NCBI GenBank assembly: GCA_963771885.1
Contig: CAVYVF010000022.1
Coordinates: 1-64,000 of the forward strand
Length of the DNA stretch: 64,000 bases
Reading direction: 5' to 3'
Source: Candidatus Bathyarchaeota archaeon
Lineage (GTDB): Archaea > Thermoproteota > Bathyarchaeia > TCS64
Shown here piece by piece: positions 1-8,920 of this stretch (positions within the stretch are counted from its first letter, which is position 1; each line of letters begins with the position of its first letter). The notes under the pieces are model-generated. The model was not told the DNA's origin and ran no database searches. It saw only the letters and a list, made by a program, of their open reading frames with translations. The position numbers and the translations under genes were made by a program.

Positions 1-1
1 T

Positions 2-349
2 TATACAAAAGGCGATTATAGCGAGCAAAATTATGAAATAATGCAGGAGTTTAATAAGGGTATTTCCGGCAATATTTCTTATGATAAAATTGATTATACT
101 CCATTTTGCATGAAAACAAAACCGGATGAATTTTTTCCCGTTTATTATGAATTAAGTTTGGTTTCCGGGTTTTTGGCGGCTATTTCAGTTTTCGTTATTG
201 CTCCTTTTATTATTATAAAAAGAAAAATGTTTTCGCGGCGATATAAGCTGGCAGCCGCGGTAATTTCGTTTATTATGTTTGTTTTTTGGCTTAAGTCCGC
301 TTTGATAGAAGTAAGCTATGATTTTATCGGATGCGGAAAATATTGGTAA
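2..349 (+). CDS. Hypothetical membrane protein, 5'-partial
   Basis: Frame is open from base 2 (YTKGDYSEQNYEIMQ...) to the stop at 349; two hydrophobic C-terminal segments. Confidence 0.6.
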   Translation, partial: YTKGDYSEQNYEIMQEFNKGISGNISYDKIDYTPFCMKTKPDEFFPVYYELSLVSGFLAAISVFVIAPFIIIKRKMFSRRYKLAAAVISFIMFVFWLKSALIEVSYDFIGCGKYW

Positions 350-358
350 TTATAAAAT

Positions 359-882
359 ATGATATTCAATAAAATATTAAAATTATTTTAGGCGCAATAT
401 TTGCTTTAAGATTGGGAGTGGATTTTTATTCGCGTATATAAATGGCGTTTTTGCTCCTTTTGTCGAAAAAATAACCAATGAAACTCCCGAAGCGAAAATT
501 AGCGCCTACTTGCAGGCGGTCAGCAGAGGCGATAAAGAAACAGCATTCAGTTTTTGGGAACGCCCTGTATCAGGGGTCAAGCGAATATAAAACTTTAGTT
601 GAAGAGAGGAAGCAGAAAGCAATCAATGAATTTATTGATGCGAAGATAAGCTCTGATTTTAAAATTATCAATACTGAATGGTGGACGACCTGTTGCGTGC
701 CAAGCATTTTAAAAGATTCCAACGGCGCAGGCAGGGCGGTAATCACGGCAGAATTACAAATTAATAATGAAAAAAAAGTTTATGTTTTTAATGTTTTTGC
801 CGAGGGCTATGAGCCTCCAATTCCGAATTCTTTAGGGCGGCATTGGGCAATAAGCGATGTTAATTTTTCAAGCAGCCGGTAA
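359..882 (+). CDS. Hypothetical exported/membrane-anchored protein, two apparent frameshifts
   Basis: ATG 359 gives a signal-like N-terminus (MIFNKILKLFLGAIFAL); a second frame gives GFLFAYINGVFAPFVEKITNETPEAKISAYLQAVSRGDKETAFSFWE; the 478-882 frame supplies the C-terminus. Confidence 0.55.
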
Positions 883-1003
883 TTTTTTGTTTTTTTTAAA
901 TTTGAATAAATAGGGAAAGAGCTATGTGTTTAAATATCAAGCAAGTGCTGACATCTCGCGGCATTTCCCTGGAAGAAAAGAAAGAGGATTGATTTTAAGA
1001 GGA

Positions 1004-1075
1004 GGAAAAGGGGTAGGATTTGACGGAAAACTTTTTAGTTATTTGTGGAAAATTGGGGATAGAGATATTCTCATT
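1004..1075 (+). repeat. Dispersed ~70 bp intergenic repeat, copy 1
   Basis: GGTAGGATTTGAC..AAAA.TTTTTAGTTATTT.TG.AAAATT.GGGATAGA.ATAT is shared with 3944-4016. Confidence 0.8.
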
Positions 1076-1088
1076 TTTTTTTGCACAA

Positions 1089-1115
1089 TTGACTTTTTTA
1101 TTTAAATGGTATAAT
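1089..1115 (+). promoter_or_regulatory. Sigma70-type promoter with extended -10
   Basis: TTGACT 1089-1094, TGnTATAAT 1107-1115, upstream of ORF 1144. Confidence 0.6.
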
Positions 1116-1143
1116 CTTTCATTAGTTCTTTATATAAACAAAG

Positions 1144-1698
1144 GTGATAACAATGAACGATGAAGGAAATAAAGCGTTTTATGTAGATTTGAAAAAAATC
1201 GCGAAAGAAATAGAAAAACATAAAATAGGAAAGCGCGGTTTAAGATGTATCGTGGCGGATAATCCTTTTAGAGGGCGGAACAATGGCGACAGTGGTCATT
1301 GCTTCATAATTACTCAGCCTGTCTCCGGAAGAAGATTGTCCAAGGAAGAATTTGAAGAATTGTCAAAAAAAGCGTGGAATTGTTGCAATGAAAAAACAAG
1401 AAAAGCCGGCTTTTTGTTTGGCGTTGGGCCTGTAGTGATTATAGAATCCGTAAAAAGCTGGTTTGCTTTTTTGGATAAACAAAAAAAACACCCGATTCTT
1501 TGCGGGGCTATATACGGCACAACCGATATTTTTCTTTCTGATGTTATATACGGGAAGAAATTACATAAAAAAATCATTCGCGCCTTTGAATATAGATATG
1601 GGAAAAAATTTATCCAAAAATGTCGTTCAGTCTGGATGGAAGAACAAAAAAGACGGCAGAAGATTTTGGATGATTCCAGCAGAGGCCTTATAAGATAA
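1144..1698 (+). CDS. Hypothetical protein
   Basis: 184-aa ORF with promoter upstream and terminator-like hairpin downstream; no motif recognised. Confidence 0.65.
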   Translation: MITMNDEGNKAFYVDLKKIAKEIEKHKIGKRGLRCIVADNPFRGRNNGDSGHCFIITQPVSGRRLSKEEFEELSKKAWNCCNEKTRKAGFLFGVGPVVIIESVKSWFAFLDKQKKHPILCGAIYGTTDIFLSDVIYGKKLHKKIIRAFEYRYGKKFIQKCRSVWMEEQKRRQKILDDSSRGLIR

Positions 1699-1736
1699 TT
1701 TGAAGAAAGAAAAATCTTCAAAAAGAAAATTGTTTG

Positions 1737-1771
1737 GCGGCGCTATGATGTTTATCAGCCCGCTTTTTTTT
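1737..1771 (+). terminator. Probable Rho-independent terminator
   Basis: Imperfect stem GCGG-CGCT-ATGAT/ATCA-GC-CCGC followed by T8. Confidence 0.5.
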
Positions 1772-1790
1772 AATTTAAAATGTGAGTATT

Positions 1791-3168
1791 TTCCAGTCAA
1801 CATATGAGCCCCAAATGTAATTCGTAATTGATTCTACTTTGTAAAAGATTTAAACAATTTAGCTTTCTCTTTTTGCATTAATTCGGCATATTCATTATCA
1901 CTTTTTTCTTGGGCGATTTCTTTGAGCATTTCCTGAGTAACTCCTTCTCTTAAATATTGCTCGGGATTTTTCAAGGATAATAATTTTTCATAAGGTGTCA
2001 GATATTGATCATATTTCTTTTTGATTTTTCCTTTAGCGTCAATTGTGTTGGTTGAAAATCCGCAAGGCCGATGATAATTCAAATAAACATTAAAATATTT
2101 TTTGTAAAAATCATTGATGGTTTCGGCATGCTTTGATTGGATATGCACATACCCCATATGCTTTCTAATCACGCTGCCATTTTTGCTTTCCGCCAATGCA
2201 TTATCATTGGAATGCCTGGAGCGTGATTTGGTTTGCTTGATCAAAAGTCGATTTAAAAGTTCAGCCACTCTTCCGTTGATATATTCACTGCCATTGTCAG
2301 AATGAAAATTAATAATCTTAGACGGAAATTGTTTGATCAGATCTTCCAAGAGCGGCAGCAAAAATCTCTCTGAAATTCCCTCGACTCAACCGATAATTTC
2401 CCATTGTAATACTTCATCCGTTAGATTGATATGATAAACCCCTTTAACCTTGTCAGAATCTCCTTGATGTACGCTATCTACGCGAATATAGCCGGGTTTG
2501 CCCTCGGGGTTGGGCTTTCTTCTTTCTCCGATAGAAGCTTGAGTGGCTTGAGTTTTAGTGTAAGTTAAAGAATTGGAAACATACTGCTTTTGGCTCTTAA
2601 ATTGTAAATATGGGAAATTGATATTTTGCTTAAATTTTCATATTCTTTTTTCTTAAAATATTCATATTCTCTCGAGTCAATATTTTTTTAGTGGCCTGCC
2701 CCGATAATCTTTCGTGAGCGTTGTCGGTTTCAATCAATCGCGCAAAATCATGTCGTCGTAGACGACAGGAAATGTATGGCGCCTCGTACTGCTTAAAAAT
2801 ATTTTCCCGATTTCTTTTTTCTTGGCAATCAATCTGGTTAGTTGCGCATCGGAAAATCCGGACATAGATCGAATATATTTTTTAATCACAACTTTATCTT
2901 TTTTCCGAAGTTGAAATACCCGAAACGATTTAGTATATTTTCAACCCATACATATTTTTCTTTTTTAGAAGTACTTTCAAATTTAATGATTTGCGAGCTT
3001 TGTAAAAATTCTTTGATTTGCCCAAGGCTCATCACAAGCGAGTCATTCATATTATTAGTCATAAATTCAATTTATGAACTCAAACGCCATTCTAACACAT
3101 TAAGCCTAATTTGGGGCTCATGTTGCGTTGGAATAGGATCTCATTTGGGGCTCATGTTGTATTGTACA
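1791..3168 (-). mobile_element. Insertion sequence encoding an rve-type DDE transposase (IS481/ISNCY-like), with imperfect terminal inverted repeats
   Basis: Left end TTCCAGTCAACATATGAGCCCCAAAT (1791-1816) is the inverse of ATTTGGGGCTCATGTTG...GGAA (3109-3133) and ATTTGGGGCTCATGTTGTATTGTACA (3143-3168). Confidence 0.75.
1834..3062 (-). pseudogene. Integrase-core (rve) DDE transposase, frameshifted (true pseudogene or sequencing indels)
   Basis: Start MTNNMNDSLVMSLGQIKEFL at 3062; motifs PGYIRVDSVHQG, FHSDNGSEY, SNDNALAESKNG, YLNYHRP spread over several frames. Confidence 0.85.
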
Positions 3169-3174
3169 AGACTG

Positions 3175-3203
3175 TTGACAAAATTATTTTTATCATATAT
3201 TAT
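3175..3203 (+). promoter_or_regulatory. Sigma70-type promoter
   Basis: TTGACA-17 bp-TATTAT just outside the IS end, upstream of ORF 3264. Confidence 0.6.
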
Positions 3204-3263
3204 TGAAGTTAATAAAGGTGGCTTAAAGCCACTAATATTATAAGAAAATTGGAGGATAAAATA

Positions 3264-3749
3264 ATGGAAAATTTAGCTGGAAATCCGACCTGCGACATGT
3301 TCATTGAAAGAGAACTGCAAAACGCGGGAATAAGACTGGTTAAGGGAAAGAAGCAAAGAGGGGAAGTGCCTGCCACTGTTACTGGTGCGCTTGGAGCATT
3401 CAGGTTTATGCGGGCATGGCGTTACTGGATCGCTGAAGGAGATATGCCTCTTGAAGCTGCTAAAGCGTTATATGCTGATTCAATTGGTAAAATAGATGTA
3501 AGAGTTGCAGGACATGCTGGTTGTCCGCCGCCAGAAAGTCCTTGGGTTGAATGGAGGGACAATAAAGGACGAAGAATATTTCCGATGTCCAAGAAGCCGA
3601 AATATTATTCGGAAAAAGACGATGGTTATCAGATTTACTTCGATGATCCATCAAAAGTTGGAATGGGCTTTATACCCTTATACCACATTGATACCGACGA
3701 AGGATTGAAACTCTTTGCAAGCATAATTCGTAAATATCAACTATTTTAA
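3264..3749 (+). CDS. Hypothetical protein
   Basis: GGAGG RBS at 3251-3255 before ATG 3264; terminator follows. Confidence 0.75.
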   Translation: MENLAGNPTCDMFIERELQNAGIRLVKGKKQRGEVPATVTGALGAFRFMRAWRYWIAEGDMPLEAAKALYADSIGKIDVRVAGHAGCPPPESPWVEWRDNKGRRIFPMSKKPKYYSEKDDGYQIYFDDPSKVGMGFIPLYHIDTDEGLKLFASIIRKYQLF

Positions 3750-3766
3750 GACTATTTTTATAGTCT

Positions 3767-3794
3767 GCCTGAGTTAATTTACTCAGGCTTTTTT
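3767..3794 (+). terminator. Rho-independent terminator
   Basis: GCCTGAGT-taattt-ACTCAGGC perfect 8-bp stem plus T6. Confidence 0.85.
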
Positions 3795-3801
3795 ATTACG
3801 G

Positions 3802-3935
3802 CGCCGTAATACCCCAGAGCTTCGCATCGGGGATGTAAGGCGAAATCAAAGGTTTCGGCGGAGCCGAAACATCTCGTAAAATACCCGCCCTGATATCTCG
3901 CCCTGAGCATAGTCGAAGGGCGGGGTCGGGTTCAT
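3802..3935. repeat. GC-rich multi-hairpin REP/MITE-like element
   Basis: GC-rich island in AT-rich DNA; perfect stem GTTTCGGC-gga-GCCGAAAC (3852-3870); CGCCCT-gagcatagtcga-AGGGCG (3899-3922). Confidence 0.65.
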
Positions 3936-3943
3936 TTTGAAGT

Positions 3944-4016
3944 GAAAAAGCGGTAGGATTTGACAAGAAAATTTTTTAGTTATTTATGAAAAATTTGGGA
4001 TAGAAATATCTTTATC
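3944..4016 (+). repeat. Dispersed ~70 bp intergenic repeat, copy 2
   Basis: Near-identical to 1004-1075; followed by TTGACA at 4041. Confidence 0.8.
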
Positions 4017-4115
4017 TTTTTAAAATAAGCATAACTACTCTTGACATTTGCAGTCATTAAACCATTATTCATATAAATAGCGAACAGTTATAATGTACAT
4101 TATAGAAGTGAAAAT

Positions 4116-4647
4116 ATGATAAGTTCTGAGTTAACAAGAGCGACAAGCCTTGCAATAGTATTGAGCGGCAGGATCTTTAACGACACAGGGGATGATTTTT
4201 TAAGAGAATCGATAAAAGATCAGCTTTTAGGCTTTATTGGGTATTTGACCCCGGATGAAGTCGAGCGAGCTTTTAGAAGATTTTCAGAAAATATTGGTTA
4301 TTACCTACTGGGAAACAAACATCAATATCTCTTTTGATATCAAAGTCAGAAATTTTTACTTTCATAGGTATTATCTATGAAAAACTAAATTTGTATGATC
4401 TGGCAATTGAATATCTGGAAGAAGCAGGAGATATTGAAAAAATGCCAGCGCTTTTATTAGCGCAAAAACCGATTGGCATCTTTTACGGGCTCAGTTGAAT
4501 GCAAATATCAATCCATCCTTGGATGTTATTGAAAGGCTAAAAATAAATTTGCCGGTGCTTCTTAACTATTACAAGGAAATAGGCAACGAAGAAGCGCAAA
4601 TTGGAATCCGCAATGAACTTGAAAAAGTAAATTCTTTGAAAATCTAG
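4116..4647 (+). CDS. Hypothetical protein with a TPR-like helix pair, two apparent frameshifts
   Basis: The 4116-4337 ORF continues after a T-run as LISKSEIFTFIGIIYEKLNLYDLAIEYLEEAG, then after an A-run in a frame open to TAG 4645-4647. Confidence 0.5.
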
Positions 4648-4846
4648 GCGAAATAATTTTGCCGAAAGCTTGGGTGCAATAATGTGATTGTACCTATTTT
4701 TTTTATCATTTTTTTTGCTCAAAAAGCGGAAAATTTGATTTTTGCGGCAGGGGAATTAGGTTTTAGGGATTTGCCTTGTTAACTAAATATTAGGGGTGTA
4801 TAATTTGAGCAAAAGAAAGGTTTTTTTAAATAACTTTTATTGTATT

Positions 4847-5602
4847 ATGAAAATAACAATTTTGTGCGAAAATACGGCAGGACGCGAAAACAATAAAATT
4901 TGTTTGGCAGAGTGGGGCTTTTCCGTTTTTATTGAAACAAAAGATATAAATATTCTTTTCGATACCGGACATACGGATGTTTATAGAGTTAATGCAAAAA
5001 GGTTAGGCATAGATTTAGAAAAAAGTAATTTTGTGATTTTGTCCCATCGCCATTGGGATCATACCGGCGGAATAAAATTTAATGATTTTAAAGCAAAGAA
5101 GAAACTTATTTTTCATCCGGGGTTGCTCAATGCATTGCCAGAAAATGAGGCGAAGAAAATAAAGGATGATTTTGAAATTGTCGTATCTGAAAAATCTTTA
5201 GAATTTTCAGAAGGTATTTATTTTTTAGGCGAAATTCCAAGGGTAAATAATTTTGAAAAAGGAGAATATAAAGGCGATAAAATATTTGAAGATTCCGCTA
5301 TAGTTTTTAAAACTTTAAAAGGCATGATCGTAATTGCGGGGTGTTCTCATTCAGGTATAGTCAATATTTGTGAATATGCCAAGCAGGTAACCGATCAAAA
5401 ACTTTATGCGGTTGTCGGGGGATTTCATTTATTTGAAGAAGATGAAAAAGCCGTGAACGGTGCGATTGAATATTTCAAGAAAGAAAAACCAAATTTTATC
5501 TATCCGATGCATTGTGTTGATTTTCCGACATTAGCAAAATTTCATACGGTTTTCGGAATTAAAAAATTATCAACAGGGGATAAAATAGAGTTTGACATTT
5601 GA
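4847..5602 (+). CDS. MBL-fold metallo-hydrolase (dihydropterin/methanopterin-synthase-like subfamily)
   Basis: MKITILCEN, EWGFS, FDTG, SHRHWDHTGG, GCSHSG, GGFHL, PMHC motifs. Confidence 0.9.
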   Translation: MKITILCENTAGRENNKICLAEWGFSVFIETKDINILFDTGHTDVYRVNAKRLGIDLEKSNFVILSHRHWDHTGGIKFNDFKAKKKLIFHPGLLNALPENEAKKIKDDFEIVVSEKSLEFSEGIYFLGEIPRVNNFEKGEYKGDKIFEDSAIVFKTLKGMIVIAGCSHSGIVNICEYAKQVTDQKLYAVVGGFHLFEEDEKAVNGAIEYFKKEKPNFIYPMHCVDFPTLAKFHTVFGIKKLSTGDKIEFDI

Positions 5603-5777
5603 TTAAAATGTATGGAAGAAAATATCCCGCATGGTTTACATTGTTTCATGAAATCTTCGATTTTGGGTATGAAAAAAGTGCAGGTGAGGAAAGTGTCGAG
5701 AGAGTTGATCGCGAAAATTGTGAAATAACGCCTGATGTTTTTTGGTTTTACACGTTCTTTTTTTAATTTGTCATTTA

Positions 5778-5786
5778 TGGTATAAT
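5778..5786 (+). promoter_or_regulatory. Extended -10 promoter for the 5816-8167 operon
   Basis: TGGTATAAT ~30 bp upstream of ATG 5816. Confidence 0.55.
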
Positions 5787-5815
5787 AGAATCATTGGTAA
5801 AAACTCTAATATAAT

Positions 5816-6411
5816 ATGAACAACGAAAAAAAAGAAGAAAAAAAGAAATTAAAATCAGGAGATTGGCTTCTTTTAATATTATATTCAAGTGGTATCAATG
5901 AGGATATTAATGAACCAATAACAGGAAAAACTAGGCTGGTAAAATTGATATTTGTTTTTGAGAAAGAATGTCTTCCTCTTTTTAAAAAGGGTGATTGTGC
6001 AATTGATGAAAATAGTTTACCAGAATTTTTTGCCTGGAAATTTGGTCCAATGTCAAAAGACGTTTTAGAAGATTTAGATTTTTTTATTAAAATTAAGTTT
6101 ATCCAGCAAACAGAAGTAAAAAATTCTTTTGCGTTTGAGGAAGCAGAAGAAATATCTTCATTTGCTGCTGATAACTCTCTAGAAACTAATTTTGAGCGTG
6201 ATTATATAGATTATACATACGTATTATCTCCAATTGGCAAAAGTATGTGGAGGAAAAAATACTTTTTTGTTTTAATGCAGATGAAATTAAGCTTATAAGA
6301 GAGTTAAAGAGCAGGTTTAATAAAGCAACGCTTAAGGAGGTGCTGAGATATGTTTATGAAAAATATGAAGATTACACCGATAAAAGTATCATTAAAGATA
6401 ATATTTTGTAA
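5816..6411 (+). CDS. YwgA/DUF4065 (Panacea/SocA-like) winged-helix protein, one apparent frameshift near 6241
   Basis: ITGKTRLVKLIF, FFAWKFGPMSKDVLEDLD, YVLSPIG; shifted frame gives KYVEEK...LKEVLRYVYEKYEDYTDKSII to TAA 6409-6411. Confidence 0.65.
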
Positions 6412-6419
6412 TATTTGCT

Positions 6420-6956
6420 ATGGAAACAGATCTTTTTAATTCAATTATTATTAGTGTGATTCCTATAGTCTTTGGTATTATTATACCTTTTGTGGATTTT
6501 TTTAACATTGGATATAAGGAATCTGACGTTTATTTTAAAAAAAAGACGAAATCTGTAAAAAAAGAAAAGTTAGATATTTTAGATCGAATTGTTATGATCA
6601 ATGGAAATAATTATATAGATCAATTGTCGCAGAACGCTGTTGGATTAGGGGGTGACTATATGGAAGGTTTGTTAGAAAAAATTGAAAAAGTATTATTGTT
6701 TGAAAAAAAATTGAATCATTGTGTAAAAATATTTAATATATACTATTGTTCATTTATAATAATTTTTGCCTTTGGGGTAATTTCTTCTTCCTTGTTGTAT
6801 ATTTATGATTATAATTTTTTTAATTATTTTACTTCATATGGAATTGATTCTAGAAAGGTTTTAATATTAGTAATTGTTTATTTTTTAATTGCCTCGCTGT
6901 ATTTTTTTATAATTAAAAAAAAATTAGAAAATAAATATGGAGAACCTAGTATATAG
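6420..6956 (+). CDS. Hypothetical membrane protein (about 3 TM segments)
   Basis: One N-terminal and two C-terminal hydrophobic stretches; overlaps the next ORF by 20 bp. Confidence 0.75.
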   Translation: METDLFNSIIISVIPIVFGIIIPFVDFFNIGYKESDVYFKKKTKSVKKEKLDILDRIVMINGNNYIDQLSQNAVGLGGDYMEGLLEKIEKVLLFEKKLNHCVKIFNIYYCSFIIIFAFGVISSSLLYIYDYNFFNYFTSYGIDSRKVLILVIVYFLIASLYFFIIKKKLENKYGEPSI

Positions 6957-7381
6957 TGAAAAAGAAATGGTTATTAAGTTCTGCGAAGTTCTTCAGAGAG
7001 AAAATAAAAATTTTTCTGTTGAAGTGCCATTTTTTAATAGAAGTATAGATGTTGTATACCACGACGATGATAATAATTTTTACTGTTTGGAGTTTAAATT
7101 AAAAGACTGGAAGAAAGGAATGATTCAAGCAAGAAATTGTTCTCACGGAGCCGAATTTGTTTTTATATGTTTGCCTAAAGATAAATATAGTCGAAATATA
7201 AGAAAAGAACTTAAAAAAAATAAGTGTGGGTTAATATTGTTTGATATTAAAAAAAAGAAAATAGAGAAAAAGTTAATTCCTTTAAAAAATAATGTTTGGG
7301 GAAAAAGGTAAATCTATACTGAAATCAGGATTTGAATATTCGGTCAAAAACGAGAATTTTAAACTACTTTTATCTGTATAA
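6937..7381 (+). CDS. Small PD-(D/E)XK-fold nuclease-like protein
   Basis: SEKEM...EVPFFNRSIDVV...CLEFKLKDWKKGMIQA; ORF stops at 7311 but removing one G of a G-run extends it to TAA 7379-7381. Confidence 0.7.
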
Positions 7382-7390
7382 TATATATTT

Positions 7391-8167
7391 ATGACACATT
7401 GTTTGAGATTTGGTACACATGCAGATCAAAAATATTTTTGGGAGAATGGTTTTGATAATCTTTATGATAATATTGCCATTAATGCTAATATGATTGCATT
7501 TTCACCAGAAGCGTTAGCTGCTTTTATTGTTAAGAAAACACCTCGGAAAAGTTTTTTTATTGATCCTATTACTCATGCTTTTCAACATGATCAATCTTTT
7601 ATATGTGATGTAAGTGGAGAAAATAGAATTAAAAAGTCGATTGGAAATTTAATAGAAGAGTATGGAAAAGATTTAAAAGATATAATTTCTGAAGAAAAAG
7701 TTGGTGAAAATAATAAAACTCGGCTTTATGCAAAGAAAAAATTAGTGCCTGAAGACTTTACGAAGTTGTTTATTGAGTCTTTTTCTAAAAAAGTTATTAG
7801 TTTCCAAAAAAATATTATATTAAAGAAAAAGGCAGAAAGTTATATTGATTATATTACTTTTGCTAAAAAAGAAGATCCGAAATTGGATTTTGTTCCACAT
7901 TTAAATCCAAAGTTTCTTGTTGCTCCGTATTTTTATTTAGACGACATAGGGTGGTTAGACGTTAATATTCGCCTTATAGATGAATCCAAGAGAGATGGAA
8001 ACGAAATAGTTTATGCACAAATTGTTTTGAGTAAAAAATGGATTGAAAGAGCGATCGCAGGGGGGTATGCAAATAGTGAATTAGCAAAAAACATTATTAA
8101 TAGATATAAGACAAGTAATGCCGATGGATTTTTGGTATGGATTGATAATTATTCAGAACATGAGGAA
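7391..8167 (+). CDS. Probable TIM-barrel protein (TGT-like / sce7725-beta-protein-like), 3'-truncated at the junction
   Basis: Alternating strand/helix motifs IAINAN, FFIDPITHAFQ, FLVAPYFYL, VYAQIVLS, DGFLVWIDNYSEH; natural sequence ends at SEHEE. Confidence 0.45.
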
Positions 8168-8175
8168 AGACCCAG
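8160..8175. other. Junction between AT-rich bacterial DNA and GC-rich archaeal DNA
   Basis: Abrupt composition change; genes on both sides are truncated at this point. Confidence 0.9.
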
Positions 8176-8837
8176 CGTAGGCTATCGAAGACGTTTTTGT
8201 AACCCTCAATGAATATCTTTGGCACGTCCCTACCGATGCCCTCCTTATTCACAATCGTCTCCTTCAGATACCTCAAACGTATGTAGGCGACGACAATGCC
8301 GATAAGGAAACTCATCGTGTAACCTATCCTCATTGCAGGGTCGAGTGTGTACACGGCTATGAGCCAACCACCGATGTACGGGGTCATGATCCTGACCGCT
8401 TCGGGCACCGCGATGGTAAGGGCATATATCCTCCCCCTACCACCAGCAGGGATACTGTCGGCCATTATCGCATTCAGAGCCGGCATATAGAACAGCACAA
8501 TCTGTTGATATGCGTAGGCGACGGCAAGCCAACCCCAGCTGGGTGCAGTGGCGAAGATGAGAAAGCTCGAGACGTATAGCAGCGTCGCCAACCCGATGAA
8601 CTTTGCACGCCCAGCCTTATCGGCAACGTAGCCACCGATGGGATAGAGCACACATGCAGCCAGGCTCCCCCAGAAATAGACGTCACCGATCGTGTTCTTG
8701 TCACCGCCAAGGAACAGAATGAAGAGGCTGAGATACGGGTAGACGATCGTGTCAGACATGCTCCAGAGGACGCGGCTGACAGTGAGAACGAGGACATTAC
8801 CCTTCATCATAGACCGAAAAGAAAGCTGCTCACCCAA
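8167..8837 (-). CDS. MFS transporter, 3'-truncated (N-terminal half only)
   Basis: GGYVADKAGR motif A, six TM helices, ends at DSLRWVF at the junction. Confidence 0.85.
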
Positions 8838-8920
8838 GTATTCCCGCCTCTAAGGCTGAATGAAGCCGTCCCACTACTCATTTAAAGATTCTCATGCCGA
8901 AAAAGCGTCAAACCACGGAT

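Noticed and set aside
3109..3168. Two 17-bp direct repeats as a mini CRISPR array
   Set aside because: Only two short copies with a 17-bp spacer, an inverted third copy at the other IS end, and no cas genes; these are IS end motifs
2842..3243. 133-aa + strand ORF
   Set aside because: Antisense shadow of the transposase N-terminus and IS end
1..8167. AT-rich segment as a genomic island or provirus integrated in the archaeon
   Set aside because: Bacterial expression signals, mid-gene breaks on both sides, and no att site or integrase at the join; an assembly join is simpler
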